Under the pieces are notes generated by a model, which searched no databases, had not been told where the DNA came from, and was given only the letters and a program-made list of their open reading frames with translations. A stretch of 64,000 nt of DNA from assembly GCA_964252035.1 (NCBI GenBank), contig OZ176212.1. One strand, written 5' to 3'. Source of the DNA: Podarcis erhardii. Its lineage: Eukaryota. The translations under genes were made by a program, and so were the position numbers. This document shows positions 9,901-21,400 of the stretch, piece after piece. The stretch's first letter is position 1; each line of letters opens with the position of its first letter.

Positions 9901-12900
9901 GAAAATTTTCAGTGTACTCTTCTCCATTTCACGGCCCATGTCAAATAACTTGTATGTTATAATAGGCATTACCTGCCAAGGCTGCAGTTTCTGAAGCTTC
10001 TGCATCCCTCCTTTCACTACAGCCCTGTATTTGGTCCCGGGCAAGAACATGGCATGTAGAGCGTGTGCTGTGGCATAAACAGCATTATAGATGCTATAGC
10101 TGTGGCTTGTTATGCTCATCTCAAAGCCAGACGAAGGGAGATTTTGCAGCTTCTCCTCGCCAGTGCAGGCTCCACTGGCCTGCTCCTCTGTATTGGAGTT
10201 TGGAAATAAACAGAGAAATACCTGTGCCCAGAACTGCTTGACAAAGCCATTTCCATTCTCCTCAAAAGGATTTTGTACCTGAAGAAAGGCTTTGAATCCT
10301 TGTACCACATTTGAATAAACTGCAAAGGAGAGGGAACCGTGGAAGACTTGCATATCCATGCTCATTTGATAGGTCAATGCTGTGAAATCCACCTGTGCTG
10401 TCAGAATCCACACCTTGCCCACAGATATTTCATTAATATTTTCCATTTCACCTAGCACTAGCATTATTCGCAAGCGAACCATAGATGTTGTTCCTCCATA
10501 GAAAACAACAACCTTGGCTTCACTTTCCATAATAACATGATAGATTTGGATTAAGTCAGACTGCAAATCATAAAACTCTGCCAAATATGTGATTTTCAGG
10601 GTTGTCTCTGAGAAGGCCAAGCAAATGCCTTTCTGGGAGAGCAGAGGTTTCAGGGTCTGAATAAATCTCTCTCCACTGTCATTATCCACTGCGAGCAGCC
10701 CAACCCACGTCCAACCAAAGTGCAGAAGTAACTCAACAATCCCAGTGTACTGATGGGCTTCATTGGGCACCATCCTATAGAAGGAAGTAGAATGGCTTTG
10801 ACCAGGATCTTCTGGAGCAAAGGAACCATAAGTGAGCTAAAGGGAATAAAGAGGCATAATTCATAAATGTTGAAGAAGGACTGTATGTGTATTCAATGCC
10901 TGCCTGCCATGGAGACAAGATGAGCCAGTTGCCTCAGGAAGGAGACTCCAGAAAGTTGGGAGGGTGGCCGATTTGGCCTCCATGGAGTGCTGCCCTGCTT
11001 TGCTCACCTTTCTTCTCATCTTCTGTCTCCAGTTCATTCTCCTTGCTTTCCTGCCCTGCTGCTGTCCCTCTCCCTAATTTTCCTTCTCCATTTCATCCCC
11101 TTTGTTTCATCACATTTCACCTCCGCATTTTATGACGTCCTGCCTTCCCCTCCTTTCCAAGCCTCTATTGTACTACAGACGCACAGAATCACACACAAAT
11201 GCCAGAACGTGTGCACAGCTGCCTCCTGACAGGCAGGCTTCCAGATTTGCAAAAGAGCACCTTAAGTCTCCAGCCAGTAAGCCACAGGTAAAGTTGGAAG
11301 AAATGTCAATTTGGATTGGATTGATCTTTATTACGGCCATTGGCCCGTCACACGACAGTTTACCATACCACCATAATGTCAATTTGCAGAATGGAATGTG
11401 GAGGTGTTTTTTTTTTTGTTTTTTTTTGAGGAGTTGGAGTAAGGAAGCCAGGTGCGATGAGCTGTCTCCCATAAGCACAGTACCTTCTCAGTCAGGATTG
11501 CGGCAAGCAGGACTGGGGTGGGGGGTGGGGGTGGTGTTTCCTGAGCCCCAACCGTGGATAAGTTACAGCCTTATGTAACTAGCATGTTTAGCTCTAGTTA
11601 ATGCATGAGGGTGTAAAGGCCCTAGAGTAGTAAGCTGCTGTTGCCAATCTTGTGTAGGTCTTGCCTCCTTCACCTCCGGTGAAAGAGGGGACCTTTCTGC
11701 CAACACATGAGCCCAAGTGCAACGTTTGTTGGCCAATCCAGACCATTCTCTGCATGCCTCAGTAGAAGTTCTGTACAGGACCATTTCCAAACATAAAGAG
11801 AAAGTCACCTATTGAAAATCCTAGTATTGACCTTTAAAAGCTCATCTATCTAGAGGGCCACCTTCTCCCATACCACCCACACTTCTTGGTTTATTGAGTG
11901 AGGCCAGGTCACACCTAATACATTCTGCTGCCTGAGATAGAAACCAACCGGTCCTGCCACTGAATCCTCCTTCAAGATACCAATAGGACCACATCAGTCC
12001 CACTGCACTTGGGACACCAGACTAGTTAGAGAAGTCAGGGGACGCACTGCTCAGACCAAGAGCAGAGAGAAAAGGCAAGTGTGTTTAAGAAGATGAGAGA
12101 AGGCTGCTGATCTAGAGCAGACATGTTAAAAGGCTGCTGACTATTACTCACTACTCACTACTATTTACTTTGTGCTAAACAGGTTATTTAATTTGCAAAG
12201 CCCACAGGAAACATGTTTTGTGAAGAGCAGGACCACCCTCCTTTTTCAGCCACAACTCTACAAACGTTTTTGAATAGAAAAGATCATGGTGATTGAGTGT
12301 GAAGAGTCCAAGGCAGTATCTTACCTGGGGAATCTTGTAGATGCTCAATATGTCTGCCATGTAGAGGGAGGTATCAAAGTCCAGTCCCCCAATAACTGCC
12401 ACCAGGTTTTTCTGGGTGTCGCACTTGTAGTTGGGTATTAGTGTGGAGGGAAGATTCAGAGCAGCCTGATAGGTCATCCTTTCATTGAAGTAACTTTCAT
12501 AGATGTGGAATCCCAAGGTGATATTTGGAAAGATCTTGGGGTTCTCATTGATCTCCTTGACAGCAAATATCAAGGCCAGAATATGCTGGTAGTTCTTTGG
12601 CACAACACTGCAATGAGAATTTCATGTTATATTTTTAAATATATGCTATGCAATTTAAAAGAGGGGGGTGGAGGCTTGACAATTCTTCAGCATTTTAGTT
12701 TAAATAGTGTCCTATTATATATGCCAAGGAGTTTCCCCTGAAGGAATACATCTCACTTTTATACTTGTAGCTCACTTTTATTAATTCAGTGGTACCTCAG
12801 GTTACAGACACCTCAGGTTACAGACGCTTCAGTTTAAAGTCTCCGCTAACCCAGAAATAGTACCTCGGATTAAGAACTTTGCTTCAGGATGAGAACAGAA

Positions 12901-13634
12901 ATCATGTGGCAGCGGCACAGTGGCGGCAGAAGGTCCCATAAGCTAAAGTGGTAGCTCAGGTTACAAACAGTTTCAGGTTAAGAACAGACTTCCAGAATGA
13001 ATTAAGTTCTTAACCCAAGGTACCACTGTATATGCATTTTTACGGAAACTTTACATCCGTATAGGCATTTTTGCATACATGACTTGGCTAGAAGATTGCA
13101 CTGCAAAATCTGGAGGAATATAAATTTCAAATGAAGGCTCTGTTTTGGTTTAGATACCTTTTTAGAGCAAGCAAATTTTGGTAGGTTCATATTTAAATGT
13201 CAACTGATTTGTAAGAACTGAGCAGCCTCCTACTTTAAAGTAGACACCAGCTCACTTGTTCTGATCTTCAACACAAAATATAGCTTAATATTTAAGCCTC
13301 AGCTGTCCACTTTCACCTCAGCTTTCTTTGGTTTTTCCCTCACACCTCCCTCCTTACAGTTAACTGCCATTTCCCAACTGCCCCAACTGACAGTTAACTG
13401 CCATTTCTTGGCTGATCAGAACCTTCAGCCAATTAGTCTGTTGTTGCCCGGGCCAATTGGAATAAATGTTCCTGATCCAGCCCTGTCTATAAATGAAATT
13501 CCCTCTCTTCCCCTGTCACCAGTCCTCTGTTATCGAACAAGCCTGCACCATAGTGACAGCACAAGGCTACAGACATTGACAGTCACACAGAGACATCAAC
13601 AGAAGCCTTAAAATATTTTGAAACCATGAAGCTG

Positions 13635-13680
<46 letters not shown>

Positions 13681-14567
13681 TACCCCGTTCATTCGAAGAT
13701 CTAACATGATAAAAATAAAGTGTACAGACTGCCCTTTGGGCTTAGACATTTAGAAATCGGTTATTTACAGGTACTGATCTGATCCTACAAAAAAGTTGTA
13801 TAGAAATGCAGAGAAGTAGGTAGCCAGGCTTAATGGCGTAGTTCTCATCATAGTCAAACCTTTGACACATTTTAAACTGGGAGGGTCATATAAGACTAGC
13901 CTGACTTGGATGAGAACATCTGAAGGAGAATTTCACCTCAAAGGAGAGGTGAGCTTTTAAGACCCTTCACCCCAAACTTTCAGAGGTGAACTTCAATATT
14001 CAGAACAGAGAAGGGCTTTCCATCTTAAACTAGGTAAGTTTAAGTTGTGGCTCCTCTTGTGAAACTCTTCTTGGAAGAAATTTGGTGGGGTGTGGGGAGG
14101 AGAGAACACATGAATGAAAGAAAGACTCTCTCATCTCACTGACTACACATTCAGATCTCCATTTCCCACCTTCCAAGCCAACTCTTCAGCTCTGAAATGG
14201 TCCCCCCTCCCCGACACCTCTGCCTGGAAGGAAATCCCTCCAAAATCAGTGGAACATGCTTCTCAGTAAGCCTGGTTAGCGCTGGGGAATGTTTCCGTAT
14301 CACCTGATTACTTGATACATGAAGTATTTACAAGGTATTAAGAAGCTGATGGGTGGTTAGCCTTTCTGTGAAGTCTACTTTGTCAAAAGAGGTAAAGAGG
14401 TGAGAAGCAAGTCCGCCAATAATAAGATCACCAGGTTGGTAGTATTCATGTGGAATTCTGGACAGATCATGGATGGTGAGACATGTATGTTTGCACACCA
14501 TATGAGGCAGATGAAAGAGAAGGGGCACAATAAACAGCAACATACTGAGGCAAATATTCTTTCTCAT
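6929..14567 (-). CDS. V2R gene B, complete 6-exon vomeronasal type-2 receptor (878 aa)
   Basis: Exons: 14567-14332 (236 nt), 12607-12325 (283), 10836-9973 (864), 8600-8373 (228), 8104-7978 (127), 7827-6929 (899); total 2637 nt. All junctions are GT-AG with matching phases. The nine-cysteine domain spans exons 5-6, and the 7TM carries [13 protein letters not shown] and [10 protein letters not shown] motifs. Confidence 0.96.
9027..9694 (+). mobile_element. Non-coding retroelement fragment with an L1-type 3' end, B intron 3
   Basis: Absent from C, D and E at this position. Ends AATAAAAATTATTTAAAAAAAC, and its 3' part shares motifs with the element at 20755-21886. Confidence 0.6.
9762..9799 (+). 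ncRNA. Minimal type I hammerhead ribozyme motif (Penelope-associated type)
   Basis: Sequence reads GUAU-CUGAAGA-A-GUGUGC(AU)GCACAC-GAA-AGCU-C-AUAC. It has the CUGANGA and GAAA core, a 6-bp stem II, a palindromic AGCU stem III, a CUC cleavage triplet and a GUAU/AUAC stem I. Confidence 0.7.
9765..9858 (+). mobile_element. Penelope-like element terminal (pLTR) fragment
   Basis: A 94-nt insert flanked by the 11-nt direct repeat TTATCTCTGTA (9754-9764 and 9859-9869); absent in C and D. A near-identical sequence lies at 54377-54510. Confidence 0.75.
11314..11374 (-). mobile_element. 61-nt LINE 3'-end stub in B intron 2
   Basis: Minus strand ends GGCCGTAATAAAGATCAATCCAATC. 12-nt TSD AATGTCAATTTG at 11302-11313 and 11375-11386. 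The empty site is near 23657 in C. Confidence 0.75.
12787..13028. mobile_element. Complete Tigger/TcMar-type MITE in B intron 1
   Basis: Terminal inverted repeats CAGTGGTACCTCAGGTTA and TAACCCAAGGTACCACTG, with TA on the right flank. Confidence 0.85.
13637..13680. repeat. (AAT)n microsatellite
   Basis: About 14 AAT units. Paralogous positions have (ACT)n(AAT)n (about 1740-1775 and 34853-34878) or a short AAT run (about 25325). Confidence 0.9.
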
Positions 14568-16139
14568 CTGACACCCTCATTTCCATCTGGAAATGAACCT
14601 TAGCTTCAGAACCACGCTCAGTACAATACTCTGCCTTGACAGGAACAGCAACTCCCTACCAATTCACAGATTAAAATCCAATTTTACACCTCAACAAAGA
14701 GAAAAGCAGAAATCCTCCCTCTTCCTCTTCCCTCTCCCTTGCTTAGAATGGCAGGAAGGTGTTTTATGCCCATGTTTAGACTCTGGCTAATATTGTCTGG
14801 AAATCTATGGAGACATTATTCAAGAGAGACTTAGTCATGGCGAGATTGATAATTACAGCTGTGATGATAACTAGGTCTCTCTACATCAAGAACAACAAAA
14901 TGACCAGAGAAAACACCAGTACATGCTTGTGTTATTTCATCAAAAGTGGTTTCTGTCTGTTTATGGGACAACAAAAGAGCATGCAAAAATAACTACAAGG
15001 ATGAAGAAAAGAACAGTGGTCCAGTATGCTATCAGTGCTGAAAAGCTTCATCTGAACAGGGGAAATGATCAGTCTGACCTCCAAATTCCCCCTGAACATC
15101 TGTTCATTAATTTACTGACAATAATACCAAAACTTTAAAATTGTGAAAGGGGTTGAGTTATGAGAGATGATTTGTGTAGGTTGCAAGGGAAATTAAGTAT
15201 AAAAAGGGAGAATCCCCTGGATGCCAAGATCCAGGTTTGGGGCAAGTGCTCTTTGGTGAGAGAACCCCAGCAGATATTTCAAATCACAAAATATTCAGCA
15301 AAGTAAGGCGTGGAAATATAGGTTATTAGATCTTAAAAATATACTCCCATGAGTTCCAAAACTTCCCTCTCCTCTTACCATTGAAAAGGACCACACATCT
15401 GGTCAGTGAAAACTGGCTTACTTACAAACGCTTCAAAGGTCAGGTTCATGTGTTTCTCCATACATCAGTCAGAAAACACAGGCAGTAGCACTTGGCTTAG
15501 TTACAGTGGTGAAAGCTCCAAATTATTGGTATAGGAGTCCAAGAGAGCCATGGTTTCTGAGCTTGTAGCAACCAGCTAAGTCCTTAAATGTTGCGCTTCT
15601 TGGGTAGACTGATAGAGAGCAATAGGCCATATATTTCCGGATAAAGCCTGCTGGTGGGGCCTATGATTCTAAAGGTTGTAATTAGGGTGAGGTAAGCTAG
15701 TTTTTGCTGTTTTGGGGCCCTGCTCAAATTCCAAGAGTGTCTTGGTATCTTCCTTAAATGTAATTTTAAGGTAAAATGGTTCTGTTTGGTCCTGCAGTCT
15801 CTCAATAACGTATTTGCTTCTATCTGCTGCTTTCACTTCTTATTGTAGGATTTCATCTGAATGTGGTATGTAGGGCTGCTGTCAGGGCTTATTTTCCCAA
15901 AGGACCCAGCTCATCTTTCCAGACAACATAACCCTCAACTTATCTAACTCTGACAGGTATAACTCATCTCTTTTACTTGTTTGCCCATGGAGGACCATAG
16001 GCTGGGCCCCTATGATTAAACTAGAACTAGAAAACTCCACTCCTTCCTGATATGCTAGCATCTCTCTCGTCTCCTTTACATGTCCTGCAGCATTGGGAAA
16101 TTAACTCTGAGAAGGTGTTCAGAAACCACACATTCTTTG

Positions 16140-17030
16140 CAAGTTCTGTGTGAGTGTCTGGAGGCGGTTGGAGGATGGATTGCAGCTAACAGATTGAGGT
16201 TGAATCCTGACAATACAGAAGTATTGTTTCTGGGGGAAAGGGGGTGGGCTGGTGTGGAGGGCTCCCTGGTCCAGAATGAGGTAACTGTGCCCCTGAAGGA
16301 CCAGGTGTGCAACCTGGGAGTCATTTTGGACTCACAGCTGTCCATGGAGGCTCAGGTCAATTCTGTGTCCTGGGCAGCTGTCAACCAGCTCCATCTCATA
16401 CACAGGCTGAGACCCTACCTGTCCTTGGACTGTCTTGCCAGAGTGGTGCATGCTCTGGTTATCTCCTGCTTGGACTACTGCAAGCAGGAGGGGCTCTGTG
16501 CAGGGCTATCTTTGAAAGTGACCCAGAAACTACAACTAATTCAGAATGCGGCACTTAGACTGGTGATTGGGAGAGGCCGCCGAGACTACATAACACCCAT
16601 CCTGAAAGACCTACATTGGCTCCCAATAATTTTCTGGGCACAATTCAAAGTGTTGGTGCTGACCTTTAAAGCCCTAAATGGCCTCGGCCCAGTATACCTG
16701 AAGGAGCATCTCCACCCCCATTGTTCAGCCCAGACATTGAGGTCCAGCGCCGAGGGTCTTCTGGTCGTTCCTTCACTGTGAGAACTGAGGTTACAGGGAA
16801 GCAGGCAGAGGGCCTTCTTGGTAGAACGCCCTCCCATCAGATGTCAAAGATATAAACAACTATCAGACTTTTAGTAGACATCTGAAGGCAGCTCTGTTTA
16901 GAGAAGCTTTTAATATTTGATGAATCATTGTATTTTAATATTGTGCTGGCAGCTGCCCAGAATGGCTGGGGGAAAACAGCCAGATGAGTGGGGTATAAAT
17001 AATAAATTATTATTATATTATTATTATAAT
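16140..17030 (+). mobile_element. 5'-truncated L2 (CR1-group) LINE 3' end
   Basis: ORF 16080-16781 includes LGVILDSQLSMEAQVN...LDYC...KLQLIQNAALRL...ITPILKDLHWLP. AT-rich (ATT)n tail at about 17000-17030. The 5' boundary is approximate. Confidence 0.88.
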
Positions 17031-17094
17031 AAGCAGAAGCAGCTATTTGTGCTCCTAACAGAAAAACACCTCAGATATGGAAACATATAGACTG

Positions 17095-17663
17095 TGTGCT
17101 GGTTCAGGGGGGAGGTTACCGTGGGGCGAGGTCTAGGACCTGAGTTGAGGGTCATCAGACAGTCCTCCTCGGGCGAAGCGGGGTCCACAGCGGGAAGCCA
17201 GGAAAGGACAGGAACTCTGGGGAAAACAGGACTCGATGCTGGCCGAAACAGCTCATCAATGATGTTGCTCCTGCAACCTGGGACCGGGTTGACTGGCCTT
17301 TATCTTCTCTGAGGCCAGGGGCAGCCCCGGCCCCTAGGAGACCCGCCTCTCCTGGCCTTAAGGCGAGCACTCCTCCTGGGAGAAACCAGTTCCCTTTGCC
17401 TCTCTGCCCTGAGCCTCTGCAGTTCAGGAGAGGCTGAAGGGTTACTGGGCCCAGGGGGAGACTCACCTGTAGGCACTGAGTCCTCAACCACCTCTGGAGC
17501 CAGAGTGGATTCACCTGGTGCCTGCTCCTGAGGATCCGGCACAAGTGCAGGCACTTCGGAATCAAGGCCCTGCCCCAGTTCAGCCGGCCCTGGAGGCAGC
17601 GACACCTGTGCAGGCTGGGATTCCTCCGGTTCACCCTCTGAATCAGATTCCCAGGCCATCACA
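17095..17663 (-). mobile_element. Solo LTR (569 nt; Gypsy/ERV-type, unassigned)
   Basis: TG...CA termini and a 5-bp TSD GACTG (17090-17094 and 17664-17668). The empty site 'atatagactgcccaaaa' is near 28535. Confidence 0.85.
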
Positions 17664-18427
17664 GACTGCCCAAAAAAAATGTGAATATGTGAAACAAAGA
17701 ACTATTTGGAGGGGTGGTATATAGATGTAATAAAGAAAAAACGATGAGCAAATAAAAAAGGAATGGTTAATTAACGTATTTGAGATATCAAGATGTAAGA
17801 GAGAATTAACTTTACGATTGCCCAGATGTATTCAGTATTCATAGTGGGTTATGGACTAAAATGGTCTTTTTATTTACCAAATTTCTTGTTCCACCATTTT
17901 CCAAAGAATGTGTGATAATATTGTATTTTCTAATTAAAAGGATTTTTATCGCACTCATGTTCAAAACGGTTTTTCTTCAAAATATTCATTCAGAACCAAC
18001 CAGTCCCATGTTCTGAACCAAAGCCCTTTAGCAATACCACCCTTGTTATAAGTAAGACCAATGAGGCCGGAGGAACATCACCCAGCTATTGCATTATTGT
18101 TTTATTTGTTTTGATATGTTGTACACCACTTTGAGATTTTTATTAAAAATATAAAGTGGTATAGAAATTGAAAAGTAAAGAAATAATAAAAAAAAAATCC
18201 AGAAATTGTGTAGCAAATATTGCCTGTAACTACTGAAATCAATGCTACTGATTAATCCTGACGGTAGCAGTTCCACTGAAACCGTACTTACTGGAGAATC
18301 ACATAGGAATTGTAAGAGATAAAATACAACATGGTTATACAATGTAGAAAAAGAGAGATTAATTTGCCCATCTATCAGAACAAAAAACATCTATCAGAAC
18401 AAAAAACAGAGATGTTAGGTTAATTTG

Positions 18428-21400
18428 TTATTTCTTCTTTATTAACATCTCCTTGCAGTTCAAATCAGGCCTTAACACAATGATGTAGCATTTGGGAGCA
18501 AAGATGGAGCCCAGTAAGGCAGCACTGGAGGCCAAGATGGAGAAGATCTCCACAGCCACCATATATTTCCCCTTGGTGCTCAGGTAGACCGGAACAAAGG
18601 AGACCCAAACACTACAAAAGAGCAACATGCTGAAGGTGATGAATTTGGCCTCATTAAAGCTGTCAGGCAGTTTCCTGGCAAAAAAGGCCACAACAAAGCT
18701 GATAATGGCCAAAAAGCCCATGTAGCCCAGGACACAGTAAAACAGGGCAACTGACCCTTCGTTGCAGCCTAGAATGATTTCCCTCATCATTGAGTGCATG
18801 TCAGAATCAGGGAATGGGGGAGAGGTTCCTAACCATACAGTGCAAATGCCTGCTTGGATAAGGGAACAAGAAAACACAATGATGCTTGCCAGTCTTTTCC
18901 CCACCCACTTCCTCATTCGGGATCCTGGTTTTGTGGCCACAAAGGCCAGAACCACCGTGATCGTTTTGGCCAGCACACAAGAAACTGTCACTGTGAAAAC
19001 AAGGCCAAAAGCCATTTGTCGGAACAGGCAGCTCACTCTTTCTGGAGGGCTGAGGAAGATCAATGGGCAAAGAAAGCAGAGCAGGAGGAAAGTGAGGAGA
19101 GTGTAGGAGAGGTCCCGATTGTTTGCTCTGACAAGTGGTGTGTCTTGGTGTTTAATGAAGATGGCAAGGACTAATATTGTGAGGAGAGATAGAGAAAGAG
19201 CCAACAATGCTAAGATCATCCCCAGAGGCTCTTTAAAAGACAGGAAGCTGATGGTCTTTGAAATGCATTGTGATTGGTTCCTGTGTGGATAGTGGTCTTC
19301 AGAGCATGCAACACAGTCATCCATATCTGGAGAGAAAATAATATATTCAGATTTCAAATGTTCTGGATAGCAACTACAAATGCTACCGGTGTGGAACTCT
19401 TAAGGTTAAAATAGAAATATCACAGATGTTTCCTTTATACATTTGAAAAGTACCATGTATATATTGTGTCCCCTACCTTTCTGTGATGAAATCTTGCCTT
19501 GAGGACATGGAGCACAATTATAGCAGCAGAATGGCTCCCCCTCCTTCTTTTCTTTCCTGGAACCAGGAGGGCAACTTGGGTTACATAACGAAATGGGTGA
19601 AACCTGCCCATTTAAATAAACACACAAACATTTTAGCACACAGAAATTAGTAGTATTTCAACCAACCCCCAACTAGAAATGGGAAGACGCTAAAATACTT
19701 ATTCCAAACTCAGAGCCAAACTACTCATTTTTCTATTCATGCTTTAAAAAAAGTGTACTCAACTTGACCATCTGGCGAACAAATATCTCAAATGGAGCGT
19801 GATCTGTTGGAATGTAATGTTAAATATATTCTCTTTTCCTATCTCTCAATGTTAAAGATATTCTCTTTTCCTCTCTCTCATGGATGTAGGAATTATGCCT
19901 CACCTTTTGAAAGCTTTGGTGCCACACCATTCTGTTGTCATCAATGGAAATCAGCTGGCCTGGGACAGCCTCTCCACCCAGTCTTCCAACCTTGACTCTC
20001 ATGAAGGAGTTATTTGGAAAAGTGACTATGTTGGCAATATCAAAGCCAGCTTCTACTTCCCTGCTCTCACTGAAAGATACCGTTTCTCCAGCAGAATTGT
20101 TAAAGGAGACACTCCTAAGGAAGGGATGGAGCTGCATTGGAGGAAAAATAGGAACTATGAAGTAATGCATATGTCTCTCCTTACTGACACTCAGGATGCC
20201 TCCAGCATTCAGTACTGGCAGGGACTCCTATGCAAGCAGAATCCACTCATTGGAAATGGTACGTAAGGCGAACATTCACAGAAAGAGCCAATGATTTCCT
20301 TTCTCTCCCATAGGGAAAATCCTAATGCATTCCCGACCAAGAAGAAACGAGGAAAAAATCCATGGATTTCAGTTCCCACCTCTTGGATATCTCCCACCCC
20401 ATGGACGAGAATTGTAGGGTAACCGCCTCATATAACCATCATGCAGACATCTAATCAACACATGAAGGGGGTTAATGCCATGGAGCAAGCTGTCCTATCA
20501 GGCTTCGTCTATGTCACTTCCCTTCACTTTGGGAGGAAATGGGCAACAAAACCTTTTGGTTTGGGGAAACTCAGCCTACATGTGAATTCTCTGAGCTGCT
20601 CTCACCTTCTCCTCTCATTGTAGGCTTGGATCCTCCCCTCAACTTGTTTACAAAGAAACTGCTTGTAAAGGAGCAGGACAGAGCAAAATCATATCCTGCT
20701 TCACTTACAGTTTCTCTACAAACATAGATACCTACTAACAAAGAAGCAGCACAGGGGGGCCACCAGGGGGCGCATTGGAAGATGGCCGACAATAACATCT
20801 CTCCGACCCACACGAGGTAATTAAGAGGCTGTTATGGGAGTATGCAGTCTACCTAACCCCCCAAGTGAATGGGGGGTACTGCCTTGCCTGCTGTGTCCAT
20901 AATTCACCCCCGGATTCGAAAGAAGGAGGTGAGGGCACTAGGCACAAAGCCCTTGGGTGGAGTCGGCTCTCCCAGACACTGTCTCTGAATCGCGCACTGG
21001 TTTGCATCAGCTCGAAATATTTAATTGGAATAGAAGCAAATGCACATACTTCAAGTGAAGATCGGGAGTAATGACTGCTGATTAATGGGATCTCTGTGAT
21101 GTGGAGCGATGGGTTGGACAATAAATCAAGTGAAGACTCATCATTAAAGATCGGTATGTCGGAGCGAAACAGAAAGGGGGGAGGAGAAGCTTTTCTTTTC
21201 TTTTTGTCTTATGTGAGTACCCAATAACCCCCCCCCCCCCGAGAGAAAGAATCATTGCAAATTACTAATCACAAGCAGGAGATTAAGAACTGTGTGGAAA
21301 TGAATTACTGATCAAAGAGAGGACTGGTGGGAACATTGGATGGAAAGAAAGCTTTATGATGCAGTTACAAATGGAGATTCGTTAAGACAGGCCTGCCCAC

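Noticed and set aside
9892-10773. ORF-track starts and ends for exon 2, 3 and 6 ORFs (MPKNYQH, MVPNEAH, MKSEYIIF) as separate genes
   Set aside because: They are internal exons; the true boundaries are set by AG/GT sites, as listed in the gene features.
11510-11535. G-run cluster (possible G-quadruplex) in intron 2 of B and C
   Set aside because: Run number and length differ between paralogs, the motif is deleted in D, and such tracts are common.
17155-17724. Other overlapping ORFs in the solo LTR (159 aa and 68 aa)
   Set aside because: They are low-complexity GC-rich frames, and the 68-aa frame runs past the LTR boundary.
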